The position numbers were made by a program, and so were the translations under genes. A stretch of 64,000 bases of DNA, taken from NCBI GenBank assembly GCA_030248215.1, contig JASANG010001107.1, forward strand, positions 434,001-498,000, given 5' to 3'. The notes under the pieces are model-generated. The model did no database searches, was not told where the DNA came from, and saw nothing but the letters and a program-made list of their open reading frames with translations. This document shows positions 48,748 to 62,500 of the stretch, one piece after another; positions within the stretch are counted from its first letter, which is position 1, and each line of letters opens with the position of its first letter. Origin of the DNA: Enoplolaimus lenunculus. Its lineage: Eukaryota.

Positions 48748-51700
48748 TTATCCAAAGAAGTCGGAAGAATCAGTATCGGATTCAACAACTTTATCATTTG
48801 ATGTTTTGCTTGTTGCGGTCTCTAGAAAGCAAAGAAAACCAAGTTCTTTTGAAAATACTGTAGCGAGCCGAATAAATACGGATAATAACTAAACATGTTA
48901 TTCAACTCAAAATTGAGATAATCCAACACAGAAATACAGGATGAGCTAGCCCAACACGGAATTATCACAGTAATACACTCCGTTAAGAAATTTTCTGCAT
49001 AAAATAACTTTTACTGGTTCATTGAAAACAGATTTACTGTACATATAAACACAAAAAAATTCTAGAATTCAGCATTATATACACCGATAGTGATATTGTA
49101 AATGACACAAGCGTCTAACCTAAACTTGCGGACTTACTTCTTGCAAGAAATTGCGGTTGACCTCGTTGCGTTGTAGCTGTATTGGTATTACTTCTATGAG
49201 AAGAGCCACGGTCTTCAACATTGTCAGATCCGAAACGATCAGGAAACAGCCGAGAGAGCAAATTGTCTCTAAAAAATGTAAATGAACTCACAGAAACAAC
49301 GTGAACTAATCCACGCAAGGAATATGCTGCCTACTATTGAACGCTCAAACTAAAATTATCAACTTCGGTCCAGGTAAAAATGGCTTTTGAAAATGATGTT
49401 AGCATAAATTTGAGCATGACATTGCGAACAACAGCTACGGGCTGCAAAAACATCCAGTTTACGATTTTCTAACATCATCAGCAAAGGCAGATCAATGAGA
49501 ACCAGGGCGTGCGTTGCCCACAATCAGTAGCAGCGGCGGAGCCAGAAATTTATGAAGGGGCTATCTGGTAAAAAGAATGAAACCCAGGTTTTACTGCATG
49601 CTAGGTATATATGTACCAAATTTTTGAGAGGGATAAATTGCAAGGTAAGCACCATACCATTTTATTACAAAAAAATTTTTAACGAAGCGGCGTACGCCGC
49701 TTCTCTGGATCCGCTATTGCACAGTAGCCCTGAAAATTTCAAAGTGCAAATTGTTCGTCTGCTGAAGTTTAAAATATCTGTTATTAGCTGAACAGTTAAC
49801 GAAATAGATGTTTAGCTAAAGTACACTTTATAACTTTAATAATTCACAACGCGAAAAGTAGTAACGCGCAAAGCCAGAATGAAATCCTAAATGCAATATT
49901 GCAGCAATTTTATCTAATTTCTATTAACTATCAAATTTTCTATCTCAAAGTTGAATCATTCTTGCCAAAGGAGTGGATACAGAATTTAACGGTAGTCCGC
50001 ATGCTGCTATGACACAGATAGAAGCTCAACTGATGCCACTCAACTCGGAGCGTTTTTCGGTTTTATATTTCACCAAGTTTTTTAATTTAATACGAGAGGG
50101 GATCACGCACACCCAATAAGACCCCAGATCCATCAATTATTAACCTGTTTGCTTCATTATCACTAGTTTTGCTCGAGTTGTTGAGACTTTTGACATTATC
50201 TCCATTACCCGAAACAACGGTAGTCGCAGGTTTAGACGTTATCACTTTAGCTGGAGCAACGGCAATCACCTGTGGACGCTTTGTTTCGCCTTGTGCGACA
50301 ACTGCCGCGCCAAGCTTATCGTCAGCTTTTCCACTGCCAACGGAGCTTAGTGGCTGTCGTTCGGCAGTTGAGGCGTTTCCAGATTGGGGCGACATCTTGG
50401 ACTCTGGGTGAATCCCTGATGGTCGGAGTAATTGGTCAATGAATTCAGAATCGGACGAAGATTGATCTGATTGCGATGCAGACGATGTTTGTGATTTGGG
50501 CCTGTAATTTTTGCTCATGATGTAAAAATTTGAGCATTAGCGCAATCGTTAACATTAAAAGATACCAGTCAATGTGAGTAGTAATACCCCCGCCGTGGGA
50601 CCCAAGGCGGTGATATTACTACTAATGTGGTTGCAAGATTGCCGACTGAAACGTTTTCAAATAAAGCAATGCAACAGAATTCTTTTCGTTTAGGATTTTT
50701 ACTCTGTTGCATTTTCGTTGCATCAACTTGTTTGCAACAAGACGGTAATCAAATTGCATACAACGGCGTCCCAGCTTTAATATTTATCGATAACAAAGGT
50801 TCGTTGCATTTTTGACCAAAGATCGACTCGTGATCACCAGAAGTTTTGTTTGTAGAACTTAAATTTATGCCCACTGGTATAGTGGACAGAAGCCTAAATT
50901 CCTATTTAAAATACTTGAGATTTTCGATAAATTTACATAATGGAGCAAGGTAATAAGTAGTGTTCCGGTCTCTAAGTGCCTCAGTATCCTTGTATATATC
51001 TCTGTCGCAGTGTTTGAAAATGTCTGCAAGGTTGTGTTAAGCTAGCCTGAATGTCCTGTAGAATATCATATGACACTAAAATTTAAAGTTTGAATTCTTT
51101 GCACTTAGGAATATATTTAGGCAGAACTTTCACCAGAAACCGAAAAATAGAAGCTAATTTACCTCGTATTCGAAATCACTTTACAGCTAAATTATCTGGT
51201 TTTTGTTTAGTTCGTGCGCATAAATTACATTGTCCTGCATAATATCACGTGATTTTCGGCAGAATTTCGGAATATCATATGATACTCCCATTAATGTCCC
51301 GCACTATCATGTGACATATGGCTGTATGTATGCGATGCTTTCTGGAGAAGAGGAATTTGTAAGCCAATATCATGTGACAATCACATTAATTCCGTCTACA
51401 AACCGTTATTCAGATTACAAAATTTTATGTTCAAGTCGAATCAACATGAAATGTGTTCCGGGATGCCCCAGTTATAACGTGAACCAGCATTAAGTTAATA
51501 AGAGCTTTAAAACTATCAGCTATTCAATGGTGCTAAAATCTCGATTCACTGCGTTTTGATATTCCCGAGGCATAAAATTCAGAAAATTATCATTCATAAC
51601 ACTGTCGACAGCTGCTAGCGATGTTAAAACAAGAAAACACAAGAGAATATGGGGAATATATTCGGCTCAAATTTCAGTAGATAATGAATAAGACACTTTT

Positions 51701-54700
51701 ATACATTCTATAGAATCATTTGTAACGGATAAAAAGCCTAAGTTCGTGGTTAAGTGCACCATCTTCATATATGCTGCGCAAATGACAAAAAAGTCCATGT
51801 TGCAATACGAGACGTTAACATTACACTGGTCGAAACAACGCTGACGCTTAACCTTTTACTATTTTTGGATGCGAATTCAGTTCGTCTAACAAATTCTATC
51901 TTACTGTGGATTTGGTAAATTTTAAGTATTTGTGGCGGTCATAAATTAATTAATGTACTCCGCAAGTATAGGAGGTTCGGCTAGCAATTTAGGCTCGTTC
52001 GCTCAGCGAAACAATTCTGACCAAGTTCGAAACTATAAATTTCGATTTTTTTATTTGTTTTTGCCCTATATTCGTACACAAAAATTCTGATAAACCTCAC
52101 AGAAATGCGGTTGCACTAAGCTGCAACGGTCTGCCGACGCCTATCAACAGCTTACTTGTCAGCTTTGCTAGCGACTTTGACAGTTTTCGCCGTAGAACTG
52201 CTGGTCGCACTTTTGGCGGCTGTATTCTTATCTCGAGATTTATCTGAACCGGTGCGATGTTGCGATTCAGAGATTGCATTTGGCTTTGCAGGTCGTTCGG
52301 TTGCTGAACAAAAACAATAACGATAACAGCATCAATTAGGGCATAGTCAAAAATTAAAATTTTGCACATAATGCAATCAGTTTTTGTAGTGATAAAATTC
52401 AGTAAGGCCGTCTCAAATATTAATCATCCTATTCGGCTAACTATCAGACACTGTTAAATAGTGGTGGGCAACGGATATTTTTTCATATCCCGATATCCGG
52501 CAATTTTTAACGAATATTTATCCGGATATCCGTAATTTAATTTCTATTCCGGACAAACGAAACTTTTGGTTTAGAAGTTTGCTACTGCCTGATAGCTTTA
52601 CAGAACCAAAAACAGTGCCAATATGTTAATGCGACGTATTTGAAAATGATTGCCAGCTATACCCTTAATTAATATATTTGTTAATACACAAATTATACGT
52701 ATTGTTACAAAATTTGTAGTTTTGATTCCGAATCCGGTTTAATCCAGTTTCATTTTGCACCCTGCTGCACATGCTAATTGATGAAAATTGATTAACGCGC
52801 AATATATTTCATGTATTTGTGTGGGCCCCCAAAACAAATATCCTGGCTACGCCGATTGTACCTGTGCCGCATAACTTAAAAATCTGAGAACGCTGCAGTT
52901 CTCTGCATGATTAAAACGTTAAAATACATTTATTGAAAATTAAACAAGATTAGATCATGATGGAGGACACTAAGCCTGTGTCTCAAGCACCCGCGACGAG
53001 TGTTTCAAAAATATAAGTTTTGACTTCACGCCGTGGTTATGTCATGACCAGCCCTTGAAATTAACATAACTTTTGATATGTCGTTTTAGTCAAAAAACCA
53101 TTCGCGTTTGGGTTTCAAACAAACATTTTACACAACAGCTTTCATCATCGAGTTCTTTAATCTTGAATTAATATTTGTAAGCGATTTTTTCTTACCCATA
53201 ATAAGATTATCAAACGTTCCGCTGCTTGAGCTTCTGTCATCGTCGCTGCTTTTTGATTGGCGATCTCCGCGTACAATATTCATCATTGAGGCGTAGCTTT
53301 CTGCTGAAATATTTTGCTCTTTGATTATTATTTCTAAACTAAGGAATATAATCTGAAGCATTCTTATGTCATATTGATAGTAATGTTTTACCGCGATGAC
53401 GGTAATAAACAAACTAACGTATAGTATAATCGAAACAGCAAACAACGATGCTTGTTCTGAGAAAACTATCGGAGTTCGAGATCCAATTTTTGCACAAATA
53501 AATACTAGATAATGAGCTGCTTGGTGTAGGTTAAAAGCTTTCTCTGTTACGTTTTGGCTTTATATGGTACCTAGAAATCCTGCAACTTGTGGCTATCTGA
53601 TTCAATAATTTTCTATACAGACGCAAATGTCGATAAATTTTTAAGCACAAAATTGTGCTATCACCCAAACTGTTCGAGTAACCAACATTTATTTCAATTT
53701 TACGGCAGCCATTCGATGTCCTACGAAACGATTCCCTACAAATTCCAGCCATTTTTTCTTATTGTGACAACAATAGCGTACATGAAACCAACAAATTTAC
53801 ACGGTAATCATCGCCGACAATGGCAGATACAACGGGACAACCAAGGCTTAGGACCCCCAACAGCGCGTTACGATATACCAAAATTGTTTGGCTTCTCGCT
53901 CATTTCGCTAGCGAGATATTTTCATTATTATTTATCACGTGGTCTTCATCACTAGAAATTTTCTGGATCAGTAACTGATCATTGAACTAACCAGGCAAAT
54001 CCTTATTAACATTCGCCATTGCATTTTTCGTTCCACGTACGTTACTCTTCGAGAATCCACTGGTACTTTGCAACATTTGAGACGCTGCGCTAACATCATC
54101 TTGCGAAGAATCACTGAAACTAGCACTCGTTTTGATAGATTTCGGTCTTCCGTTCAGCGGCTGCGGCTTTGATTTATCTTTCTCTTTTCCGCTATGATCT
54201 GTTGCTCCTCCAAAGCTGTTTTTATCGTCACCGCTGTCATTCGATACAGTTTCTTGATCACCGAAATCAAATCGAGGTTTTCCAAACACGGTTTTCGTTC
54301 CGTTAGTTTCAGATTTCTCCAGTTTAGGATTAGATTCGATCTTGTTTTCTTTGTGTCCATCCATAGTGTCGCTTAACAACTGTGATGTTGTTATGGACGC
54401 ATCAACTTTGTTTCGATCACCCGTTCCAACGTGTGATAGTTGTGTTTGGCTTTTTAGAGTCAAAATATCTGATAGCGTCTTGGATTTTTGTTCCTCTCGA
54501 GAATGAAATAGGCGCTGTTGCTGCTGCTGTTGTTGTTGTTGTTGTTGTGTTTGACCAGGTGGAGCCTGAGCCGAAGGGATCGCTTCGGTAAGGATTGCAG
54601 CCAAACTATCGATACTTTGACGCAATTGACCAATTTCTGAACGCAATATGCCCATATCATTGTTAGCGTTGTGAGAATGTGATGCGAAAGGCAACGCTTG

Positions 54701-55820
54701 TTCAATGCTACGTACCGAAGCACGGCGCATAAATGTAGTCGTGGCGCCGCCACTTGGAAACATCTGATCTGCTCGTGAACGTGTAAATGCGGCTGATTTT
54801 GGTAACTAAAAATAGTAGTGTGTAGACTTTGAAACGAAATTCGCTTTTGTATGAGCATATTTGAGTATATTTGCTTGGCTAAACATTAATAGCATGGGTT
54901 TGGCAGTTCGGAAACAGTAAAATATCTGCCTGCATAGAGACATTTAAACGACAAAGTTTACACGATTTTATTCTGAGATCCAGATAAAGTTGTGAAAACT
55001 TGTCTGATATACCAAAATATCTTGGTTTGGTTTTCGGAAGAAAGCGGTAAATCTGATTCACAAGTATATACGAGTAAAATTTGGAACTACTCGTTGACAA
55101 TTTAAGTATTAACAGTACAGGAACATAGTTAGCTCACCTTGCCGAGGGGTGGCTAAAAAGTTTTTCAGGGTGGCATACAAGGGTTTTCCTTTATTTACAA
55201 GCAAGATTGAAAATTTTCTTAGAGGCCAAAGTTTTTGTAGGGGGACGGCTGAGCTCTCCGTAATAAGTTTTAGTAAAAACATTGAACAAGTTTACCTGAA
55301 CCTGTGTTATGTTGCAGTTCCAAGTTGGATATTTTTTCTCCAAATAACTAATATATTCGTTCTGAAAACGTTTCAGAAATATATAGAACACTTTACAACC
55401 GCTGTGCTCTGCAAATTGCGCAGTGTTCAACTGTTCAATAATGGTACACCTAGTTATTCGCAATACAAAATCTTCATAAAACTTGTGAGACCCCTAGGAC
55501 TCAAAAAGTAAGCTTGTAGCAAAAGTTCGCTGTGGCGTCCAATAATCGAACCTTAGATTAAAATTTGACCTCAGATCAAATAAAAAATGTTCATGTATAT
55601 GACAAAGGGCTATTAGAGTCATTTCTACGAGATCAAACAAACTCACCCTGTCTTCGACACCCCGAATTAGTCTAATTTCAGCCATACTTAGTCTGGCTTG
55701 AACTTGTGAAAAACCGCGTTGCAATTCACGATTACGATCTGCAATTGCACGTTCTTTTGCTAAAACACTTGTGATGAATGTGGTCTGCTCGCTTGTAACA
55801 GCAAAACCCTGTGAGCCCAT
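48748..55820 (-). CDS. Uncharacterised Ser/Lys/Thr-rich, largely disordered protein with short coiled coils (~611 aa; ~655 aa with optional exon)
   Basis: ATG in good context (GCCACGATGG) at 55820. Exons 55820-55647, 54805-53992, 53333-53196, 52303-52156, [50893-50762], 50501-50145, 49268-49138, 48821-48748. All GT-AG and phase-consistent (1836 nt without the bracketed exon). Ends ...ESDTDSSDFFG*. Overlaps several long ORFs in the track. Some boundaries have alternatives. Confidence 0.7.
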
Positions 55821-58334
55821 CGTGGCAAATAAAATTATACAATTTTAGTTGTTCTGATTAATCTAAAACTGCATTGTAAACACTTCAACGAAACCATGTT
55901 TTTTCAGTTTCACGGTCAAAGAGTCCACCTGAGTATACAAACTAAGATTCTTCTTTATAAACACCTTCTCGATACGACTTGGAGGGCGGTGTACAGCCAC
56001 ATTAACCCAAAGAAATTGCTCTGGTGATCGTAATAACAGCTTAATAATTCTATATTAATGTTTTTGTGCTCGGCTAATTTGTTCACTTCGTTTAATGCTT
56101 AATAGTTTAATCTCATTCTGATTGCTAAATTTTTCACTGCCATCACAATACCAGTTGCTTAACATATATTTTTTGAGCTTTATCAACCAAAATTTATATT
56201 ACAATTTAAATGTTTTATGAAAGATGAGCATTGAACAGTGCATCATGTTGTTCAGAACAGACTCTACTATCATACAGCTGTCAACAACGAAACCGTCCCA
56301 ACCCCCACACAAAATATACAAGGCCGAAGTTTTAGTGTTCTCCATTGTACGATATCGATCCTATTGATTATTTCAAAACGTTTATGGATCACTCGATGAT
56401 CGAAAACATGGTGTAACAGACAAACGCATGCATCGTTTAAAAGTAAACATCAAACAGAGCTTGGAGTGTTGCTTGCGTCGACGAGCTTGTCAGAAATGGA
56501 ACAACTTTTAGGTCAGTTATTGATTATGGCGACTGTTAGAATGCCCGAAGTTCGGTAGCATTTGTTTAAATCGAACGAGAATTCCAGACACATCTGCAGT
56601 GCTAAGTGGTGGAGTAAAAACAGGGTTAAACTGTTGGAGGCACATTTGCACTTCAATGATTAGTCCAAGTTGGGCAATAATATAAAATGTTCATAAGCTG
56701 CTTAAAGTTAAATCCGTTCGTGGCTGTCGCAGATATAGCTTTGGAAACATGGGCCGAAGATTGCCGCAAGCGAAAACGGAGTCACCACCCGAGGGCGACG
56801 ACAGAAACGTTTCTTGCTCGACTGTTCAAGTATGGAAGCAGATACTAAACAAATTCTAGCATTGAGTTAAAGTATCGAGCTCAATATCGTATAAATATAT
56901 AGGTATATTGGTTGGTACAATGCGACTGCTACCTTTTGGTAGCATGGCACAGATAAAAAATCACAAATTTGATACATGAACAAAGTTGCTCGAGACCAAC
57001 TTCTCGAAATTTAGTCCATGATTGAGCTACAGTTTGCCGGTTCCCTGTGTTGTTATATTCCGATATTAAACGTCGGATAACAAAGATTAAAATTTCCATT
57101 GTGCTTAATCTACTATAGCACCATGTTAATGTTTACTTTTGAAGTCGTCCCGTTTTCCAGCTTGACTGTACTAGAGTTGGCCTAGGTTTCAGAGTGATTT
57201 TTATTGCTTAATAGGATAGGCTTTGTTTTACGTTTGTCACCCCGAAGCTTAGTAGTATGTTTAGGTTACTGTGTATGCCTCGAAAATTGACACCGGCCAA
57301 TTTTTTAATCCAAACATAAGATCGCGCATGCCGTTGACAGTATGGCAAGTCATGTTGCTAGCAGTTTACACATTTAACGCACATACAAATCTGAAGAATT
57401 TCTTAACTGCTATGACATACTGTGAACTGCTGGACCAAAGGATGAACCAGACCTAAAATTTTGCTATTTATACATCAAACTTCATGGCAGAATCTAGAGC
57501 TTTGCACCTTGCACGTCTTCTAACCCTGGGCCTTTTTATGCCGGACCCTTTCTAATCGGAGATTTTAGAGTCGCAACTACGGTCCTGTGATGTTCAGCAG
57601 TTTCGCCAGAGGGCATAGCTCAGGCAATAGCTTTTTCGAGCGAGCGCATCAAATGCGAAGAAGTTGTTGCATTTATGTGCCAGCGGATTACTCAAATCTG
57701 CGGACGAAAAGCTCACAAGCGAAGCGAGCGGGAAGCCAGGCGCAATTTTAGCATAATCATGATACAAAATTTTAATCTTGTATGGGTCCGGTGGGAGGAT
57801 TCTCCTAGATTCACAACACTAGATTTGCGTTTAATGTCTGTTGTACTGCGATTCAATTTTAAAATGAAAGAGAATACAAATACTGGATAATTGCGTTTTC
57901 AAACAAGCTAAGCAGAAGCGTTAAATCGCAAATTTTTACTTTTTTATGCCATAAAAATTGCGTTTCGCTTCTCGTTCGCTTCACTTGCGAAGCTTCGTTT
58001 ACTATAATAATCTAGAACCTCCACTGAAAGCAGCGGTAGCTTTTGGTAAACATTCCAGCAACCTTAGTTTAAACCCTAGAAACAATCGTTAATTTTTAGA
58101 CGGTGACAGCTTCTGTGAACTTCAAAATGGCGAAAAGAAAATTCCAGATTTCGCAGTTACGTTATGAAAACAGTTCGCTTGTTTCACACCAAGATCTTTC
58201 TAGCTGGCAAGGGTAACAGGATATTCGTTTCCGCTTCCGGTAAAAATCGGTCTGTTTTCGTTTCTTATCCGTTGCTGAAACATTGGGCTTTCCGCTGTGT
58301 TGTTTTTCGCTCAGTCATAGCTGAACAATTTTCA

Positions 58335-59537
58335 GTATATATGTCGCGCCCCAAACACCAATTTTCGTGGCTTTGCAACTGGGACGTCACAAACGACAAT
58401 TGCTGTTCATGGCCCCCAAACAACTACTGGAATGCAGACTAATTTTGCTTGGTTATTCAGGTTTGATTATACTCGAAAATCTGTCCTGCACTGTAATTAT
58501 TTGGTTTCATAATTATTTCCAAACTATAAATTAAACAAGGTTTATATATTTATGGGGAGAAGGATCAGAGAAATGCAATCTTATTGGCTAATCAAAACAA
58601 GAGAAATTCGGACTACGACTCTATGAATGAAAAATTTCGTTTGGGAGCCTAACGCCACATAGCCCGTTATCATATAGATCTGAGTAACTCGTTTAGCACT
58701 GTTTGGTTTTATCCGTATAGAAATAAAATCAGCATTACCCACATAACGTGGTATTCGATTAAACATTACGACACACACGCACACAGATTCGTATACATGT
58801 CGTAGCCCATGTTTGCTAGTCCAGGGCGGAATTACGCCGTGGGCTATGTTGTAGCCCAAGCGGGCTAGTCCAGGGCGGAATTACGCCGTGGGCTATGTTG
58901 TAGCCCAAGTGGGCTAGTCCAGGGCGGAATTACGACTTGGGTTAGCCTACGGCGTAATTCTTTCTATGCAACAAGTGTACGCCCTGCGATTGGTTACTAC
59001 CTTAATGCCATACTTAAATACGATTGTCTGATCCGAATACTCTTCTTTGATTGATTGGCTAAGTATCGCCACCTGTTGGCTACCAAACAGTGTGTTTTAC
59101 TGATCTAAGTGGAATCAAGCAGGATTACGACTATATCAAGTATATAACCAATCAAAACACGCACAGTTTTATCGGACATGACTACGCCTTGTACTAGCCC
59201 AAGTCGTAATTCCGCTTTGGACTAGCCCAATTGGGAATTGGGTTGAATTACCACTTGGGCTACGACGTATAGACTATACAAACTTTGTTTAACTTATAGT
59301 TTGCAAATATGGTGCAGCCAAATAATTATTGTTCGTCGAGTTTTCTCGAACACAGTCAAGCCTGGTCAACCAATCATAAAGAGTTCCCATTTCAGAAGCT
59401 ACTTGCCTGTACAAACCTACAATCAAAGGCAGTTTGCATTCCAGTAGTTGTTTGGGCTGCTCCGAACAGCAGTTGTCGTTTGGGACATCCCAGTTGCGAG
59501 CTGGACCAAATAGCTGCTTGGGGCACTACATATATAC
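58335..59537. mobile_element. 1.2-kb element with ~105-bp diverged TIRs in TA-rich flanks
   Basis: 58335-58440 (GTATATATGTCGCGCCCCAA...GCAACTGGGACGTCACAAACGACAA...CCCAAACAACTACTGGAATGCA) is the reverse complement of about 59430-59537. Confidence 0.75.
58792..59271. mobile_element. Nested MITE with TGTCGTAGCCCA termini and internal 49-bp tandem repeat
   Basis: Ends TACATGTCGTAGCCCA / TGGGCTACGACGTATA; 49-bp unit at 58815, 58864, 58913; right half is homologous to about 43490-43710. Confidence 0.8.
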
Positions 59538-62500
59538 CCATATATTTGTGCTGCATATGTGCCTTTTGAAATAAAACAACAAAGTAATTCTAAAATGTTA
59601 AAAAAATTTTGGGTCCAGCTGCTATTGTTTTCTGCAAAACTTTAGAAAGCCTGGTGAATTTTTGCATGTTTAAATTGTATTGACTACGTGGTGCAAGTAA
59701 CTCCTGAACTTTTGCGAGGAGCTTCGCAATTTATCACAATGTTTGCATTTAGTGCATCCTACTAAACTATGGAATACCACGTATGTAGCTGTCGCAGTTC
59801 GAATGTTTGAAAAGCTATTGCTAACTGTTGAGAGGTGCTACACACATTTGACAATATCTGGCCAAACTGTAGCTATAGTTGTTACCTTAGCGACGGGTTG
59901 CCATGTAAATAAAACGTTAATCTTAAAGAACATACAATATGTTTGCACAACGTTCCATGTTCTATACCACGAGCTTTGCTGCTTCCTATAACGACAAATT
60001 ACCTGCGAGCCCACTCATACTCACAAGCTTAAAACTGCGCAATATTGTTTTCAAATTAATTTTTGAAGCAACAGTTTTCACTTTTACGCCAATGAGGAAC
60101 AGCTATATTGAAACGGTTCCAGGATTTTCGAGTATTTTTAAGGCAATTCCTGCGTATCACGGTTTTCAACTTCGAAACTCGTTCAAAATTTCATAGAATG
60201 AAATAATCTCACTTATAATTTTTGAGATAAACCGCTTTTAAATTTGAAAACCGAAATTGTATATACTATGCAGAAGGCTACAAAATATATACATGATAGT
60301 TCACCGATATTAATCTCACTGGTCATTACTGAAGGTTAACAGTATTCTAGAACTAAATCTTTAGTTTAATTATATTTAGGTATATATTTATTTTACACCA
60401 TCATTAAATTTTAATCAACTTCATAATGTCATTATAACTAAAGAACCATGCGTCATCAGTGTAAATGTGACTAAGCTAGGTACAACATTTTATTATCGGC
60501 AAAACAGCGCTGATTCAAAAACAAAAATATGGTTTTTTTTCGGTTTCTTCTATCATCCACCAACTTAACAGTAGAAGCAACTGTAAATTATATCTGTAAT
60601 ACAGAGTTTTGTCCGACGTGTTCAATATTTCAAAATATGACCAGTTGTTGTTTTTCTCCACTCCACATCCACCGCTAATCGAGCGTCGACGTTGCCTCGG
60701 TGTTTGACGCCACTAAAGTTAACGGTGCGATTCGTGGTTCAGCGCTGTTATTAGCTTTGGTAACCTAGCTTTATGATGCAACATGTTTACTCATACAGCT
60801 AGATAACCAAAGAAAAAGACGGCGCTAATATACTTAAACAAGTCATCGGGTGTCGTTTTAGGCCACGATATCATGGTTACTTGACTGTTTGCAATCACAC
60901 CGCAGCAAAGAATACTTATTGGACGGACAAGAAGACCTATTGAGAGGGCAAAAACATAATCCTCACATAGAATTTGTTTATATTGACGATAAATTTTCCA
61001 CCAAAGACAAACATTTCCGTCATGGTACACCAAGCTTAAAGAACAGATAGGATACTACATTAGTTCAGTATGCGAAGACTTAAATCCTAACCACCATAAA
61101 CTATGATAATTTTATGAGAACGGATCATTTCACTAAATTTTTTCAAACACAAACTTAAGAGATAACAGTTTCCTTGAGCAGACGGACTGATATACGCCAA
61201 AACTGCCTGTTTTTTGCGGTGTCGATGCCGATTCCCATACTCACGAAAAGTACAAATTATTACCGATACCGATTAATCGGCACATCCCTAGTTATTATCT
61301 CGTTTATTTAGCAAACAGCTTAGCATCTTCGAACAGTGCGCTTCCGCTAGGGTAATTAGTCACCAAAGACCGTTAGCTGCCTCCCAGACTTGAGTAGACT
61401 CAGTGTTTCTGTGCTGAATTAGTTTTGCGCATTGCTGTGCTGCTGCTGCTCCAACGAGAGGTATATAAGTTATATATTACGTACCGGAAAATGAAAGATA
61501 ACCAAAAACTCGTATTCCCAAATGCATGTGACGTTTTTGGCTATTACAAGAAGCCAGTGGTGCGCAATATATTAAATTCTAGAAATGGATGTATTAGGCT
61601 GGAAAAACCTACAATCAGTTGGTTGATGTATCTTCATCCCCGGACCAATGCTGAATATATTATTGGCTGTAACAAACCAGGTAAAACGCGATGCAATGCT
61701 GCAATTTTACCGTTTCTTTTACCCAAAAAGCATCGTTGTGCTTTATCTACATTTAACAGTTACATTTAAATCTATATCGATTAATGTATGAAATTCAGAA
61801 TGAACGTTGATAGTAAGTAATATTCTTTAGATTTAATCCAACCGTAATATTTGAAGAGGTAATCAGTTAGATATTCTAAAAGTAAAGATTTTATAATATT
61901 TTCAGATAAGTTCGTTTTCGCAGGAATAAGATTTGTCGTAAAGTCGTAACTCAACCTACAGAAGTATCTCTATTGGCAAGTGAACAGGGGTTATTGGCCG
62001 CAAGCGATCAATTAATAAGCATTCGAATTTATTATATACAATAGTAACATGGAGTATATACCACAAATTTATATTAATAAAGCTGAAGCGCCCACGATAT
62101 GTAATTTGTGGTATCGTAGCATTGATTTTTAGTATAGTTTTGGGTTAACATTATGTAAAAAACGAGTCCGCAACACCAGTAAACATTGGAGAGGCAGTAT
62201 TTTAAGATGGGTTGAAAATATTGGAACCATTTTAGCTGGAGTATTATATACAATTAAATTAATATTCTTATAAAGTTACGTAGTTATTTAGTGGAAACTG
62301 CGTATTAGAAGAAAGAACTAAAACGGTACAAATAAGTTAGCTGAAAAGCTGAATACAGAAATATTCGAATGAAATTGCAATTCAGCTGTAATTTGAACGA
62401 TATAACATTGGTTTATTCTGGCGACAATTGCAGGACTGAATTTCGGTCATATATTTAGCTCCCTGTCAGGTCGTAATTTTTGAAAACGATTTGGGAATCT

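Noticed and set aside
50569..50893. In-frame TGA at 50749-50751 as selenocysteine or readthrough (frame open 59 more codons)
   Set aside because: A phase-compatible donor lies before the TGA; no SECIS or readthrough context recognised.
58341..58442. Small Cys/Trp-rich peptide gene pair in inverted orientation
   Set aside because: The frame is not preserved in the inverted copy; better explained as transposon TIRs.
61425..61769. 114-aa ORF as a gene
   Set aside because: No recognisable motif, and its GTAAAA donor is out of phase with the next acceptor (immediate stop).
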